Source: Verrucomicrobiia bacterium (GTDB lineage Bacteria; Verrucomicrobiota; Verrucomicrobiia; Limisphaerales; UBA9464). From it: a DNA stretch of 64,000 nt. Positions 63,961 to 64,000 of this stretch are shown here, one piece after another. Numbering within the stretch: the stretch's first letter is position 1; each line of letters starts with the position of its first letter. Where the stretch lies: positions 173,474-237,473 of the forward strand of contig JAHCBB010000005.1 of NCBI GenBank assembly GCA_019634635.1, read 5' to 3'. A program made the translations under genes and the position numbers. A model generated the notes under the pieces. The model did no database searches, was not told the origin of the DNA, and was given only the letters and a program-made list of their open reading frames with translations.

Positions 63961-64000
63961 CGGCCGCGAGTCCTGCCGTTTATTGCAGGCGTATTGCAGT

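Overview
This 64 kb window is high-GC (~67%) bacterial chromosome, almost certainly from the Planctomycetes-Verrucomicrobia (PVC) group. The evidence for that is a prepilin-type DUF1559 (H-X9-DG) protein, a PSCyt/DUF1549/DUF1553 + DUF1501 gene pair, a Bat/MoxR-type operon and giant secreted repeat proteins. There are no rRNA, tRNA or CRISPR features. Because of the GC content every real gene is shadowed by long antisense ORFs, so calls were made by recognising protein families, signal peptides, translational coupling (ATGA overlaps) and third-codon-position GC.

Gene content, left to right:
- 1-8.3 kb: a PhrB-like photolyase gene fragment at the window edge, a secreted PD40 beta-propeller protein, lhgO, rfbF, a ygiQ radical-SAM gene and a DUF502 gene.
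- 8.3-24 kb: a ~16 kb minus-strand Bat-like operon. It runs TPR/peptidase-MA, two tandem DUF4159-like paralogs, MoxR, DUF58, a BatA-like vWA protein, a 1211-aa coiled-coil membrane protein, an 890-aa membrane protein and a secreted protein.
- 24-32 kb: a TPR protein coupled to an RsmB-like methyltransferase with an Arg/Gly-rich N-terminal extension, then tsaD, an S41 protease and a DUF1559 pseudopilin.
- 30.6-32.4 kb: an AA10 lytic polysaccharide monooxygenase with three CBM2 modules. A decayed partial paralog of it lies 19 kb away at 51.6-52.2 kb.
- 33-51.6 kb: a sulfatase, an FG-GAP/CxxCH protein, the PSCyt-DUF1501 pair, a 1342-aa adhesin with tandem Ig-like repeats, a DUF4338/IS4-like mobile-element remnant, and an outer-membrane cluster (FadL-like, an NPYTG-repeat protein, an OprB-like porin).
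- 52.5-61.4 kb, the most interesting locus: a flotillin/SPFH gene followed within 6 nt by a 1873-aa protein carrying a single MoxR/dynein-type P-loop ATPase domain, then a 287-aa hypothetical. I do not recognise this combination as any described system.
- 61.8-64 kb: a VapBC-like toxin-antitoxin pair sitting between a nitrilase-superfamily gene and a ~520-bp direct-repeat partial duplicate of that gene.
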